A DNA stretch of 64,000 nucleotides from Octopus sinensis (taxonomy: Eukaryota): the NCBI RefSeq assembly GCF_006345805.1, contig NC_043009.1, positions 25,668,001-25,732,000 on the forward strand, written 5' to 3'. Below the pieces are notes generated by a model, which was not told the DNA's origin, did no database searches, and was given only the letters and a program-made list of their open reading frames with translations. Below are positions 1 through 36,053 of this stretch, in pieces. The first letter of the stretch is position 1; every line of letters begins with the position of its first letter. Position numbers and translations under genes: made by a program.

Positions 1-3000
1 CTTGATGGTCAAAAGGTTGTAGGTTCAGTTTCTGGAGTGAGAAGTTCTTTGAGTCCTGAAGCTAGGCATTTCATTTGACATTGCTTCAGTTTAATCAGCT
101 GAAATTAAGTAGATTAACTTTTGGGTCCCAACTCAGCTGAGAATGACCCTGGTTCTATCTTACAAGGCAAAGTTGACCTTGGTGGAGTTTGAACTCTAAA
201 CATGAAGATGGGTGAAATACCTATTTCTATTTCTTTACTACCCACAAGGGGCTAAACACAGAGAGGACAAACAAGGACAGACAAACGGATTAAGTTGATT
301 ATATCGACCCCAGTGCGTAACTGGTACTTATTTAATCAATCCCGAAAGGATGAAAGGCAAAGTCGACCTCGGCGGAATTTGAACTCAGAACGTAACGGCA
401 GACGAAATACCGCTAAGCATTTTGTCCAGTGTGCTAATGCTTCTGCCAGCTCATTGCCTTAATAATAATGATAGCCCCTTCTGCTAAAGGCAGAAGACCT
501 CAAATTTGGTGGGGAGGGGAATAGTTGATTACATCAACCCCTGTGTTTCACTGGTACTTAATTTATTGACTCTGAAAGGATGAAAGGCAAAGTCGACCTT
601 GTCAGAATTTGAACTCAGAACATAGCGATGTGCGAAATACTGCTAATCATTTTGCCTGGCATGCTAACAATTCTGCCAGCTCGCCACCTACCCCAGTTTA
701 ATAATGACAATGTTATTTGATTAAATTCTTTATCATTTTCAAAATTAACCAGAACAAAAGACATCATATTTTGATAGAAACATGGTAAAGTGATTTGAAT
801 TACAACCTTCATTCAAAATTTCACATTAATTTATGTTCCAAACAATTCTTCATTATTTTAAAAATTTATTGAATCTAAAGCAGTGTGCTTCAACAGAAAT
901 ATGGTAACAAAAGTTTTAAAGCTAAACCTTCCGTCAAATTTGTTTCTGAGCAAATACTGACAAATAGTGAATGCAGTGACGCATCACCGAGGCACGCACC
1001 CCGCCATACCTGACCATATCTTCCATTAAAATTTCATGTGAATGTATATTCCAAACACTAGCTTAATAACGACAAAGTTATTTTACTAAATTCTTAACAA
1101 TTTTCAAAATTAATCAAAAGGTGGTATATTTCTATAGAATTCTGGTAACAAAAGGGTTAAGCACCAGCAGAGTTCAAGTGTAGCTTTCTCTTTCTCCCTC
1201 TCAACTTCGATGATCTACAGTGTCAAGGGTGGGAGGTCTGAGAATGTCTGTGTCCATTTGCAACTTTACAGACACCTAAAACAGTTTGCGAAAGCATGGT
1301 CATTTCTTAGTAACAACTACACTATATTTTTAAAAGTATTTGAGAAACCACAGGCAGCTTATTTCATTGCAATCAATAACAAGTCATCAGTCATTCACAA
1401 TAACAACAAAAACTAACATGAATAAAGTACATACCAATGTTGCAAAGACGCAGCGAAGATGCTTTTCCGAATTCTTCCAAAATAATAGTTCCATGTCTGA
1501 TTTTTGTTCCTCTGCTTCACGCTAGCATCGGAAAACTCTTCTGAGAAAGTTTGAAAGATGGTGTTTAATTTCTTTGTGATTAGGTAGCAAGTAGGCCCAC
1601 ATGTATAATATATAATTGAAGTGTTTGTGACTGATCCTGATTGCTATATGTCATCAATCACCAGATCAATAACCACGCCCTCCTCAAAGACAATAAGATA
1701 AATATGTCCAAACAAGTTGTGGTTATCTGTGATTACTGACAGACAAAACCAACAAAAAGACAAAAAAAGGGAGGAAAAATAAGCAAGATATATAACACTA
1801 ATAAACAAATACATAAAAAAACAAAAACGTGTATTATCTAAGCCCCATGATTAAGAGAGATCAAAACACAGCAAATGTGTGTGCATGCATGTGTCTATGT
1901 ATATATGTGTGTATATATAGATATATAGAAATATGTGCATAAGTGTGGGTATATATATTTGTATGTGTATATATATATATATATATATTCCTTTATTCTT
2001 TTGTTTCAGTCATTTGACTGCGGCCATGTTGGAGCACTACCTTTAGTTGAAGAAATCGACCTCAGGACTTATTCTTTGTAAGCCTTACTTATTCTAATGG
2101 ACTCTTTTGCCGAACCACTAAGTTACGGAGAGGTAAACATGCCAACATTGGTTGTCAAGTGACGGTGGGGGGACAAACACAGTCACACAAAGATACACAC
2201 ACACACACGCATATATGTACAATAGGCTTCTTTCAGTTTCCGTCTACCAAATCCACTCACAAAGCTTCAGTTGGCCTGAGGCTACAATAGAAGACACTTT
2301 CCCAAGGTGCCACACGGTGGGACTGAACCTGGAACCATGTGGTTGGGAAGCAAGATCCTTACCACACAACCACTCCTGCACCTATGGCCACTCCTCTATA
2401 TCTATATATTTATATAATTGTGTATGTGTGTGTATTTATCTGTACAAATATACATGTATGTATATGTGTGTGTGTATACACACATATATATATATATACA
2501 TACATACATACTTATATATACATACATATATGCATATATATCTCTCTTAGTTGTTTCAGTTACTTGACCATTGCTATGCTGTGGCACCACTTTTAAGCAT
2601 TTTTAGTCGAACATATTGGCCCCAGGACTTACTTTTTTAAGGCTTTAAGGCCTAATACTTATTCTATCAGTCTCTTTTGTCAAATCACTAAGTTACAAGG
2701 ATGTAAACATACCAACACTGGTTGTCAAGCAGTGGTGGAGGACAAACACATACATAAAGACACATACACACAGAAACATACATCATCAGCATCATCATCA
2801 TCATCATCATTGTTTAATGTCCATTTTCCATGCTGGCATGGGTTGGACAGTTTGACTGGAGAGGCTGCACCAGGCTCCAATCTGATCTGGCAAGATTTCT
2901 ACAGCTGGATGCCAACCACTCTGCGTGGCCCCTTGGACAAGTGTCTTCTACTATAGCCTTGGACCGACCAATGCCTTGTGAGTGGATTTGGTGGACGGAA

Positions 3001-3030
3001 ACTAAAAGAAGCCCGTCGTATATATATATA

Positions 3031-4048
3031 TCTTTATTTATATAAAACTGAGAATGTGTGTCTGTCTGTCTGTGTGTTTCCCTAAAACTTGAGAACTACA
3101 CAACCAATTTCATTCAAATTTTACACAGGCCTTACTTAGGGTCCGGGGAGTGTCATCGGCAAAAAAATGTTCAACTTCTTGCCTAGAGCGAGCCCATAGC
3201 AATATAATATCTTCTCCACTATTCCAGTATTACGTGTTAAAAGTGAAACAAAAACATTTTTCTATTTTATGTCAAATACTTTCACTTTAACAATAAAAAT
3301 AATAATAACAATTGAATTATATGTAGTAAGTAATAATTAAAATCAAACTAAAGTAACATGACAAAAGTAAAAATAGCAATTGGTATAAAATTGCATCAAT
3401 GAATTGAACTTGAATAAGTGGTTTCACATGAATGGGAATAAATTAAAAATAAAATTAGCATGCAGAAATGGAATAGTCCAGATGGATAATAAAAAATTAA
3501 ATTAAAGAAAAGACTATTATCTATAAAGTATACAATGTAGAGAAAAAAGATTTGAACAACATGGAGGAAAGCACCTTCAAAAAGTGTCTTGGTGCGACTA
3601 TGAAAGATATATAATCAGAGGCGGTAAATTCGCCACAATAGAAGCAAGGTTTGAGTCAATGGAGCGTGCAAGGGAGTACTCGACTCGAATTTGCAAAGTG
3701 AAAATATTTTATTTTTACCTTTATATCTGAGATGTAGGGTGTCCCGGAAAAAAATTTTAAATGTCCCCCCCCCCCCGAAGTAGAGGTAGGCTGGATTGTA
3801 GCCACACTTCTATACAAGAGGGAGGACAAGATACAATTGATCGAAATTACAAGAGATGGGCTAACAATTCCAGTCTGTTATATATTTTGAGTATTGTTAT
3901 CACTAGCGATATCAAGATATAACTTTGTATTTTGTATTTTATGTGTAGATGTATATATATAGATGTACATGTAATATGTACACATACATATACACATATA
4001 TACATGCACTAGCACTATGACCCGGCAAAGACGGGTCTTTAATGCTAG
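3031..4048 (+). mobile_element. Non-autonomous Helitron-type element
   Basis: 5' A|TC..TATAAAACTG followed by (TGTC)n; 3' hairpin GACCCG-gcaaaga-CGGGTC (4019-4037), then CTAG|T; inserted in a (TA)n tract. Confidence 0.8.
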
Positions 4049-4346
4049 TATATATATATATATATATATATACTAGTATATATACATATATATGTGTGTT
4101 TATGTATATATATGTGTGTTTGTGTGTGTGTGTGTATGTTTATGTGTCTGTGTTTGTCTCCCCAACATCGCTTGACAACCGATGCTGGTGTGTTTACATC
4201 CCCGTAACTTAGTGGTTCGGCAAAAGAAACTGATGGAATAAGTACCAGGCTTACAAAGAATAAGTCCTGGGATCGATTTGCTTCATTAAAGGTGGTGCTC
4301 CATCATGGCCACAGTCAAAATGACTGAAATAAGTAAAAGAGTATAT

Positions 4347-4397
<51 letters not shown>

Positions 4398-6398
4398 CAT
4401 ATGTATGTTGAATTCAAACACACACACGCTCACAAGCACACATACATACATATATATTTATATATATATATCTTATCTGAAAGTATAGTTGCTAGAATAA
4501 GAATAAGATGGAGAATGGTCAGAGAGTTGTTACCACTGTTGGTAACAAAAGATCTCTCTGTTTCTCAGAGTGAAAGGCAGATTGTATGATGCTTGTGTAT
4601 CAACAACAAAGCAACAAGGGTGTCTTCCAAGTTAGGGTTAGAGTTGATTCTACAAAGTGCTGGTGCCATGAAAATAAAGCACCCAGTACACTCTGTTAAG
4701 TGGTTGGCATTAGAAAGGACATCCAGCCATAGAAACCATGTGAAAACAGACACCAGAGACCAACACAGCCCTCAGGTTAGTTGGACCCTGTTGAACCATT
4801 AAATCCATGCCAGCTTGGAAAACAGACATTAAATGATCCTTTCTACTACAGGCACAAGGCCTGAAATTTTCAGGGTGGGGACAATCAATCACATTGAACC
4901 CAGTACTTGACTGATATTTAATTTATTGTCCCTGAAGGGATGAAAGCAAAGTTGACCTTAGTGGAATTTGAACTCGGAACATAAAGACAGATGAAATACT
5001 GCTAAGCATTTCACCCAGGGTACTAACGTTTCTGCTAGCCCTCCACCTTTAAAATCTAGGAAATAAAAAAAGAAAAAAAAACACTAAATCAACTCAGTAC
5101 TTCATTGGTACTTTATTTTATTGACTTCAGAAGAATAAAAGACGAAGCTACCTTCAGCCAGAATTGAACTCCGAATGTAAAGTGCTGGAACCAAACACTG
5201 TAGATATTTTGTTTGACAATCTAGCAATTCTGCTAATTAGCCATATGTTGATTGGGTAAGCTTTATATAAATTTCGTTGTAGACTATCTAAATTGTGTGG
5301 TGTTCATGCCAGTCTCGGTGGAATTTGAACTTAGAACATAATGACAGAGGAAATGCTGCGAAGCATTTCGCCTGATGTGCTAACAATTCTGCCGTCTTGT
5401 CGCCTTACAGACATTAAATATTGATGAGAAAAGAATCAATAAAATCAAATCCTATATCGTCTAGCTTATACTTTATTTCCTTGTCTCCCTGGATGATGAA
5501 AAAGAAAGTTGACTCTTTCATAATGACATGTGAACATCATATAATATTAATAATTTACTGATGAATTGCAAGCATATGTACAACTGACAGATATCTCTCC
5601 GTTTGTTTTTTTTTAATCACTCTTATTCATAAGACAAAAAGTCTAAATTTTGAGTTCAAAGTCAACTTTTTTTCTGACAAAATATAGTACTAGATCAATT
5701 TATATTCCTATATGGCACCACCACCACCACCACCACCACCACCAAAACCATCATCATAATTGCTGTTGTTGTTGTCTTAATGTCCACTTCTCCATGCTTG
5801 CCTGGATCAGATAGAAATTATTGAGGCAGCTTTTCTGAGGCTGGATGTCTTTCTTGTTGCCAGCCCTAAACCTGTTTCCAAGCAAGGTAATATTTCTCCA
5901 TAGCCAGACAATGTTTTCCACGGAATATTTGAAATGAATGACTCTGCTTGTATGACAACGACACTCATTTACAAATATTACATGGTGCCAAAACAAGGAG
6001 ACCCCCCCCCCCCACACACACACAAGCTACTTACCACACAGCGCAGGAGTGTCTGTGTGGTAAGTAGCTTGCTTACCAACCACATGGTTCCGGGTTCAGT
6101 CCTATTGCGTGGCACCTTGGGCAAGTGTCTTCTGCTATAGCATTGGGCCGACCAAAGCCTTGTGAGTGGATTTGGTAGACGGAAACTGAAAGAAGCCTGT
6201 CCTATATATATATGTATGTGTGTGTATATGTTTGTGTGTCTGTGTTTGTCCCCCCCAACATCGCTTGACAACCGATGTTGTCCGATAGAATAAGTACTAG
6301 GCTTCCAAAGAATAAGTCCTGGGGTCGATTTGCTCAACTAAAGGTGGTGCTCCAGCATGGCTGCATTCAAATGACTAAAACAAGTAAAAGAGTATATA

Positions 6399-6461
<63 letters not shown>

Positions 6462-7077
6462 CACACACTCTTAAGTCAAATTTAAGTTTTAAAAATTAAG
6501 GTTAAGGAAATATGTGTTAAATACAGTATTGAAATCTTATTTCAGAGTAAGTCCTAGGTCATGTGTCCATGGAGCATGTTCACCACTTATGGTTACCAGG
6601 CATCATCAGCGATCCTTAGCAAACGTCGTTGTAATAATTCCACAAATCCCAGGATGGATGTTGGGTATATATTAAAAATGAAATGAGAAGACGGAATGCA
6701 CCAACAAAAAAAATTTTATTACTACAATTGTTTCATCTTGGCACATTCCGTCTTCTCTTTGTAACTTTAATATATATATATATATATACACATATATACA
6801 ATGGGGTTCTTTCACTTTCCATTTACTAAATCCATCCATAAGGCTTTGGTAGACCTGAAGCTACAGTAGAAAAGACTTGCCCAAGGTGCCATGCAGTGGG
6901 GCTGAACCAACAACCATGTGACTGGGAAGGAAACTTCTTGCCACAATGCTGTCCCAGCACTTTATATGTAAATGGAAGGCTTTCATCTGTTGAGAGTTAA
7001 AGTCTTTGACAGCTAGAATAATATTATGACTAATTACACAGAGAAGATATAGGCACATGGTTGCATACTTGAGAGAC

Positions 7078-7302
7078 AAAGACAGATAGATCAATAGACT
7101 GACAGAATGACAGATAGACAGGCAGACACAAATAGACAGAGAGACAGACAGATAGATAGATAGGTAAGTGGATGGATAGATAGATAGATAGACAGACAGA
7201 CAGATAGATAGATAGGTAAGTGGATAAATAGATAGATAGATAGATAGGTAAATGGATAGATAGATCGATAGATAGACAGACAGATAGATAGATATACATA
7301 TA
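7078..7302. repeat. (GATA/GACA)n tetranucleotide array
   Basis: Read directly from the sequence. Similar arrays at about 7945-8058 and 8572-8665. Dozens of (TA)n, (CA)n, (CT)n, (AAT)n and (CAT)n tracts occur throughout the window. Confidence 0.9.
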
Positions 7303-7304
7303 TA

Positions 7305-7690
7305 TATCTGAGCATGATCGTTGCCAGAGCTGCGAATTGGCTCCCATCGTTGCCAGCATCACCTTACTGGCACGTGTGCCGGTGGCATGTTAAAAGCAAC
7401 ATTTGAGTGTGGTCGTTGCCAGTGCTGCTGGACTGGCTTCTGTGCAGGTAGCATGTAAAAAACACCTTTTGAGCGTGGTCATTGCCAGAAATGCCTGACT
7501 GGCCCTCGTGCTGGTGGCATGTAAAAGCACCCACTACACTCTCGGAATGGTTGGCATTAGGAAGAGCATCCAGCTGTAGAAACTTTGCCAGATCAGACTG
7601 AACCTGGTGCAGCCTTCTGACTCACCAGTCCTCAGTCAAACCGTCCAACCAATGCCAGCATGGAAAGTGGACATTAAACGATGATGATGA

Positions 7691-7692
<2 letters not shown>
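7305..7692 (+). mobile_element. Non-autonomous element sharing the RTE 3'UTR and (GAT)n tail (representative copy)
   Basis: Tandem gttgccag..gtggcatgtaaaagcac units, then ggttggcattaggaagagcatccagc..ccaaccaatgccagcatggaaag..gatgatg. Copies at about 33035-33380, 39310-39535, 39855-40115, 54000-54250 and 59060-59320. Confidence 0.7.
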
Positions 7693-7732
<40 letters not shown>

Positions 7733-8058
7733 ATTATAATGATAATAATAATAATAATAATAATGATAATATTAGGGAATATTATTCCAAACTTACAGGG
7801 AAAAATTAAATTTAGTAATACTAAATCATATTTCACAATAGATAATATATGTATACATGTGCCGGTAAGGTGATGCTGGCAATGATCATGGGAGCCAATT
7901 TGTAGACCTGGCAACGATCATGCTCGGATATATATATATATATGTATATCTATCTATCTATCTATCTATCAATCTATCTATCTATCTATATATATATAGA
8001 TATATATTTATCTATATATATATAGATATATATTTATCTATCTATCTATATATTTATA

Positions 8059-8571
8059 TCTATATATATAAAACTGTAGTTGTGTGAGTGTCTGTCCCCT
8101 TCGATTTAGATTCCTAACTACTCCCACATTTTGCGGGGCAGTTTAACCAAATTCGGGTATCTTATAGTTGTGATTCATATCGAGCCCGTCTGAGTATTAG
8201 CGCACGTCTACGATGAGTCTACGATTTAAAAAATAATTTAACATCATTTTTTATTCCATTTTAATGCATAATTTTTCGTGTGTCGATGGCGGCGGAGTTG
8301 GCGTCCATGGTCACACCTGCACCTGTTTGCTTCTCCCCCTTCTTCCCTCCCTCGTGAAGCTGTGGGGAAGGGAGTGTAAGGAAATCAACGTCGTAAAGCG
8401 TTGTCAAGGAGACCAGCGTTCTTTTAGAACAACGACTTCATGGCTTGAAGACACCAAAACAGAAATGGCTAAGAAAGACCGAATTGGCATCTATAAGGGA
8501 AGTAACTCTCTAAAAATGCTTATATAGTTATTTCCCTTACAAACCCGAGCAACGCCGGGCGATACTGCTCG
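8059..8571 (+). mobile_element. Second non-autonomous Helitron-type element
   Basis: 5' A|TCTATATATATAAAACTG like the element at 3031; 3' hairpin CCCG-agcaacgc-CGGG, then CTCG|T (a CTAG variant); inserted in a (TA)n tract. Confidence 0.7.
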
Positions 8572-8594
8572 TATATATATATATATATATATAT

Positions 8595-8644
<50 letters not shown>

Positions 8645-9149
8645 GAATAGATAGGTAGATAGATAAAAAGAGGGAGAGAGAGAGAGTAGTGTGTTAAATA
8701 AGGAATGACTATGACACTGTTACAAACAAATATGGCCTGGTATAGGTTACATAAGCAGTAATAAAAATTACCATAAAAGCCATCATATAGTCGTCTCCCT
8801 CTATATTTCTGGTTGGCTGTGCATTTAAAAGAGTTAGGGTTGTTATCTTTGAGTATTGTCATTTAAAAGAAGAATAGATGGTTTATTTGTTTGTATGTTG
8901 GATGGGATACTCTCTCTTGTATTGTTAAATGGATTTTTTGAATTTGTGTCCCAATGGATTTCTTGTGTGTACATTGTATGGATTATAGATTTAATTATTC
9001 ATTAATGAATAATCGTCAACGTGACAAACGATTCTCATATTTCTGATCATAACTTTGGTTACTGAAAAATGTCAGTTCATTGTTTCATCTCTTAGTTTTC
9101 TTGTCACCTTAACTTATTATTAAAACCAATGCAAACAATCACAAAGAGA

Positions 9150-9680
9150 TGTTTTCATCTTCATCATTTGTTGTCATCATCATCATCATCCTCGTTGACA
9201 GTAGTGTTATCATCGTCCTCCTCCGCCTCATCATCGTTGTCGTCCTCTGCCTTCTTGTTCTTGTCTGCCTCCTTGCCTCCTCCTCATTCTCCTCCTTGTC
9301 AGTTTCTTCTTCTTCTTCTTTCTCCTCATTCCCCTTCTTGTCTTCTACGTCCTCTTTCTCCTCCCCCCTTCCTTCCCACTTCATCCTCCTCATTATCGTT
9401 CTCCTCATACTCTTTCTCCTTATCTCTCTCCTTGCTTCCCCTCCTCGTCTTCCTCCTCACTGTTGTCCTCTTTGTCTTTCTCCTCCTCATCGTCATCATC
9501 GTCCTCCTTGTCTTCCTCATTACTGTCGTCCTCCTCCGATATTGGCGTCGGCGTCATCATCATCATTGCCAACATCATCATCATCATCATCACTGTCAAT
9601 GTCATAATCGTCATTGTCCGTAGTCACCATTGTTGTCATCATCATCTTCATTGCCATTGTCGTCGCCATGACGCTAACTC
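9150..9680. repeat. Compound cryptic microsatellite (TCA/TCC/TCT/TCG)n
   Basis: Pyrimidine-rich trinucleotide simplicity that produces overlapping poly-S, poly-L, poly-H and poly-E ORFs in several frames. Confidence 0.9.
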
Positions 9681-10044
9681 TTTCTGCTCAATGACTAACT
9701 TCCATAGTTTCTAAAATGCCCGATCAACTGGAAAATTATTTTCCTTTTTCACGCCCTTTGCTTTCCCGCCCTGAGTCTTTGTCCTTGTTAACATCAACCA
9801 AATCTTCGTCGGTGTCTAATAATAATAACAACAACCTCAGAGTTCCATTTATCATCTATTTCTCATCTTTCAAATCAAAACACTCCATCACATCACAAAT
9901 TCTGTTAATGGACTTCAAAAGGTTTTGATTAGATCTTTTCACACTCATCTCCCTTTTATATTTCACTTCTACTTTGAACCACACCTCCTTCTCCTCCTCC
10001 CCACTAGTCCTTGTCGTTATCGTAGTTATATTAGTCCTCCTTAA

Positions 10045-10275
10045 GGCGGTGAGCTGGCAGAAACGTTAGCACGCCGGGCGAAATGCGTAGCCGTATTTCG
10101 TCTGCCGTTACATTCTGAGATCAAATTCCGCCGAGGTCGACTTTGCCTTTCATCCCTTTCGGGGTCAATAAATTAAGTACCAGTTACGCACTGGAGTCGA
10201 TGTAATCGACTTAATCTGTTTGTCTGTCCTTGTTTGTCCCCTCTGTGTTTAGCCCCTTGTGGGTAGTAAAGAAAT
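10045..10275 (+). mobile_element. tRNA-derived SINE family B (Nin/Deu-like core), near-intact copy
   Basis: ggcggtgagctggcag head, B-box-like gagatcaaattcc, core gcctttcatccctttcggggtc..aagtaccag. Other copies at about 222-458(-), 12725-12950(+), 36915-37130(-), 58823-58986(+) and 62849-63070(-). The family-domain naming is inference. Confidence 0.8.
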
Positions 10276-10344
10276 ATATATAAGCCCTCCGCCTCCTTGC
10301 TGTTGTCTTCCTCCTCCGTGTTCCCCCCTCCTCCTCCTCGTCTT

Positions 10345-10830
10345 TGTCGTCCTCCCCAAACACCATGTTGACTAGATGTTTAATTTTTATTACTCTCCGT
10401 ACATGTTTTGGGGACACGGTAAGCCAACGGTTGTTCTGTGTTCACCATCTGATCCTGACAGATATTTTTATTGTCTGAGAAAAATCAAAGCAGGTTCGGT
10501 TGGAGGAGATGCCTGAGTTAGTTCAAAAGCTTCGTTTCCTCATGTCTTTGATGGCTTGAGATAAACATTGGCCCTTTCTCCTCTTGTATGAGGAATACCA
10601 AATGTCTTCATGCAATACCTGCCTGATAAGAAACTCAGACACCCCCATGTCCCTGGCGATGGCCCTGATTGACTTGGAGGGATTGTTGTCAATCATGGCC
10701 TGGGTCTCACCAACAAATTAAGAAGTTCGTTTCTCATCAGAACGATCAGAGTGAGTTTTCCGAGCTGCCGTATCTTCGTAATCACATTAGACTCACCCAA
10801 CTCTTTCCGAATCCTCTGCACCAGTGGCGA
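10345..10830 (-). pseudogene. Tc1/mariner-superfamily transposase fragment, 3'-truncated and frameshifted
   Basis: Minus-strand translation across frameshifts: VQRIRKELGESN..DYEDTAARKTHSDRSDEKRTS*FVGETQAMIDNNPSKSIRAIARDMGVSEFLIRQVLHEDIWYSSYK..FFSDNKNICQDQMVN..VSPKHVRRVIKIKHLVNMVFG. This covers an HTH region and the first catalytic D motif. Confidence 0.85.
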
Positions 10831-11560
10831 CTCGTAGTGGGGTGCTGCTTCAGAAACTTTTTAGCCGTTGTTTTAATATTTTGTAAAAGGAAACTGACAT
10901 ATCAAAAAGAATATTTATACATAAACTTGAACGGTTCGCGGTTTAGCCACAGTCGGGTAATGCGTTTAATTTGTTCACTGAACACCGCCGCGAATTCCCC
11001 CTTGTTTTTCAAAAATACCCCCTAAATCACAAAATAAGTGTGTGTGTATGAATTGCCCTATTTTTCAAATCCTGGCAGCAACACTGAAGCTGGAAGCAGG
11101 ATAATAATCTAATTCTACACTTTATCACATTCAAGAATATAAACACGTTTTTAAGCACAACACATACGGAGTAAAAGAGAAACGTTATCTTTCACCCAGC
11201 ACTGTCGTTCACACAGTGCTCTCTCTCCCTCCTCTCTCTCCCTAGTATGAAGCTTCCTATCTCAGACATGTGATCATGTTCACAACAGCTGAACACCGCG
11301 TAGTTGGAACTGTGAAGCGCACAGTTTTATACAAGGATTTTGTATTTTTTTCATAAACTAGGGTATGGCCGTTGACATTAAGCTTAAAGATTATATAATG
11401 TACAAGTATAAAGAAAGAAATAAAGAAAAAAAAGACTCATTATATTGAATGTTATCGATAATATTGAGTGGAAATAGTGCTGCAGTCCCACAGTTTCTAT
11501 ACACGAGCCGCCACTGCTCCTCACTCATCTTTGACTTTCTACACACTAGCATCATCAACG

Positions 11561-11719
11561 CACTGGCGTAGCTAGAGAGTGCGAGCCGTCAGGGGTGACC
11601 CTTCCGTTTGCCACCCCACGGACTCCACAAAAAACACATATTGTCTACAGCAGACCCAACAGTGCCGCCCCTTTATAAGTGCCACCCAGGGCGTACCCCC
11701 TCTCCCAGCTACGCTAGTG
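11561..11719. mobile_element. Short hAT-like MITE
   Basis: TIR CACTGGCGTAGCT / AGCTACGCTAGTG; flanks catcaacg / catcatgc only partly duplicated. A related left end (cagtggcataactaggg) is at about 12185. Confidence 0.55.
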
Positions 11720-13505
11720 CATCATGCTAGAATCCTTTCATACGCAACCAAAGTTTTCAGTTCTTCTACAAATGCTAGGCAAGACTTCACAATTCATAGA
11801 TATACATGGATTGCCTGAATTTAATATGTTTAAATAAAAGACGGAATTGTCGCAGTTGGGACTCTTCTGTTTGATGAGGGTTGACCTGGGACTAAACAAT
11901 CACATATTGATCTTTTGTAAAACTAATCTTTTGTAAATCTAATGGGAAACGTAAATACACTGGAATGTTAACGTTAAAGACAAAATGCCGTGTGGTATTT
12001 GTTTTAGATGTTTGCACTCTGAGTTCGGATTCCATCATGGCTAACTGTGCCCTTCTTCTTTCTGGGGCCCGATAAGATAGATGCAGATCTAGAACAGTGG
12101 AATGTAGGAATTGGCAGAGGACCAGACACATAGTCATGTGGTATTATTTTGGTCCCTTTGTTCTGAGATCTTGGGAATAGGATACAGTGGCATAACTAGG
12201 GTGAGTACTGCCCGGGACAGTCCCTAAGTTAGCTACCTCTACAGTAGATTCATAAGAGCCACACCGTAAGAGCGACATCGAGGGTGGACTGCACCCACTG
12301 CCTCCCATGCAATTTCCATCTACAGAATTCCCTCACAAAACAAAGCTGGGCCTGGGACAATAGTCATAATACAATCAATCAGACTATCGGATGTTGGTAT
12401 ACATCTCTGGTTACAATGCGCTTTGCATCATTTTAGCTTTCAAATGATACCACCCAGCTAGCAAGGCGAGCAGGTGAGCAATGCCTTGATCGGAAGGCTA
12501 GTCAGTCACAGGGTGACCCATTGGCAGTTGAGTGCATGAGAGCAACATGGAGTGAACTGTTTTGCTCAGAAGCACAACACTCCGCTCTGTCTGGGAATAG
12601 AACACACGATCTAGCAGTCGTGAATGCAACACTATAATTACTAAGCCAGGTGCTGTCACGAGACTATAGTAGAAGACATATATTTAATTAGGAATTAATT
12701 GCTAATACTTTAATGTGAATTAAAGCGGTGAGCTGGCAGAATTGTTAGTGCGTCAAGCAACATGCTCAGCGGCATTTTGTCCGTCCATACGCTACAAGTT
12801 CAAATTCCTCCGAGGTCGACTTTACTTTTTATCCTCTCGGGATTGATAAAAAAAAATGTACAAGCTGAGTACTGAGAACTATGTAATTATCCTCTTCGCC
12901 GCAATTGCCGGCTTTGTGCCAAAGTTTGAAATTAATATTCTAATGTAAATACTTATTGAATATCATGAGTACGAAACAGAAGCGACGACAATCCCATCAG
13001 GAGACTCAAATCCTGACAAGCGATAGGAGTACATAGGTTCGACTGCTTCCTGCAGGTCTGTCTCATTTCTCTTTCAAATTGCTGTTTATAATGGTTAAAT
13101 ATCAGAAATTTAATATTTATGAAGTCCATCACTCCTTCTCAGATTTTCTGATAGTTATTAAATAATTCTGTGTTTTGTTCTACAGCCTTTATTTTCCCGA
13201 GATGCTCATTATCACCCTTATATCATTCGACAAATATCTGCTTAGCTATTTTCTCACATTTGCAGACAGCCAATTTACCACATTCATTATAACGGAATTC
13301 GAAACTGAAACATAGTACTTCATTTTATAAAATATGTTATATTACATTAAAAAAGTTAATTTCATGTATCTAATTCTAAAATTAAAATCAAAGGTCAGAT
13401 TATTTTATTTAAAAGAATTTTGAAAGTCCAACAAATGACGCTTTCTAAATTCTTATTTCAAAAGTCAATTTTGTTTTCACAGCCATACTTTCACAGTCTG
13501 CAAAC

Positions 13506-36053
<22,548 letters not shown>

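Noticed and set aside
2152-2596. ORFs such as 2152-2550, 5978-6337, 53071-53542, 39161-39679 and 55423-56087
   Set aside because: They are read through SINE family A, RTE tails and (TA)/(CA) repeats. The same peptides (QASFSFRLPNPLT, CHAVGLNPEPCGW) recur wherever the SINE occurs.
9129-9714. Several long overlapping ORFs (up to 164 aa) on both strands
   Set aside because: They are products of a cryptic trinucleotide microsatellite: homopolymeric translations in all frames, no splice or homology support.
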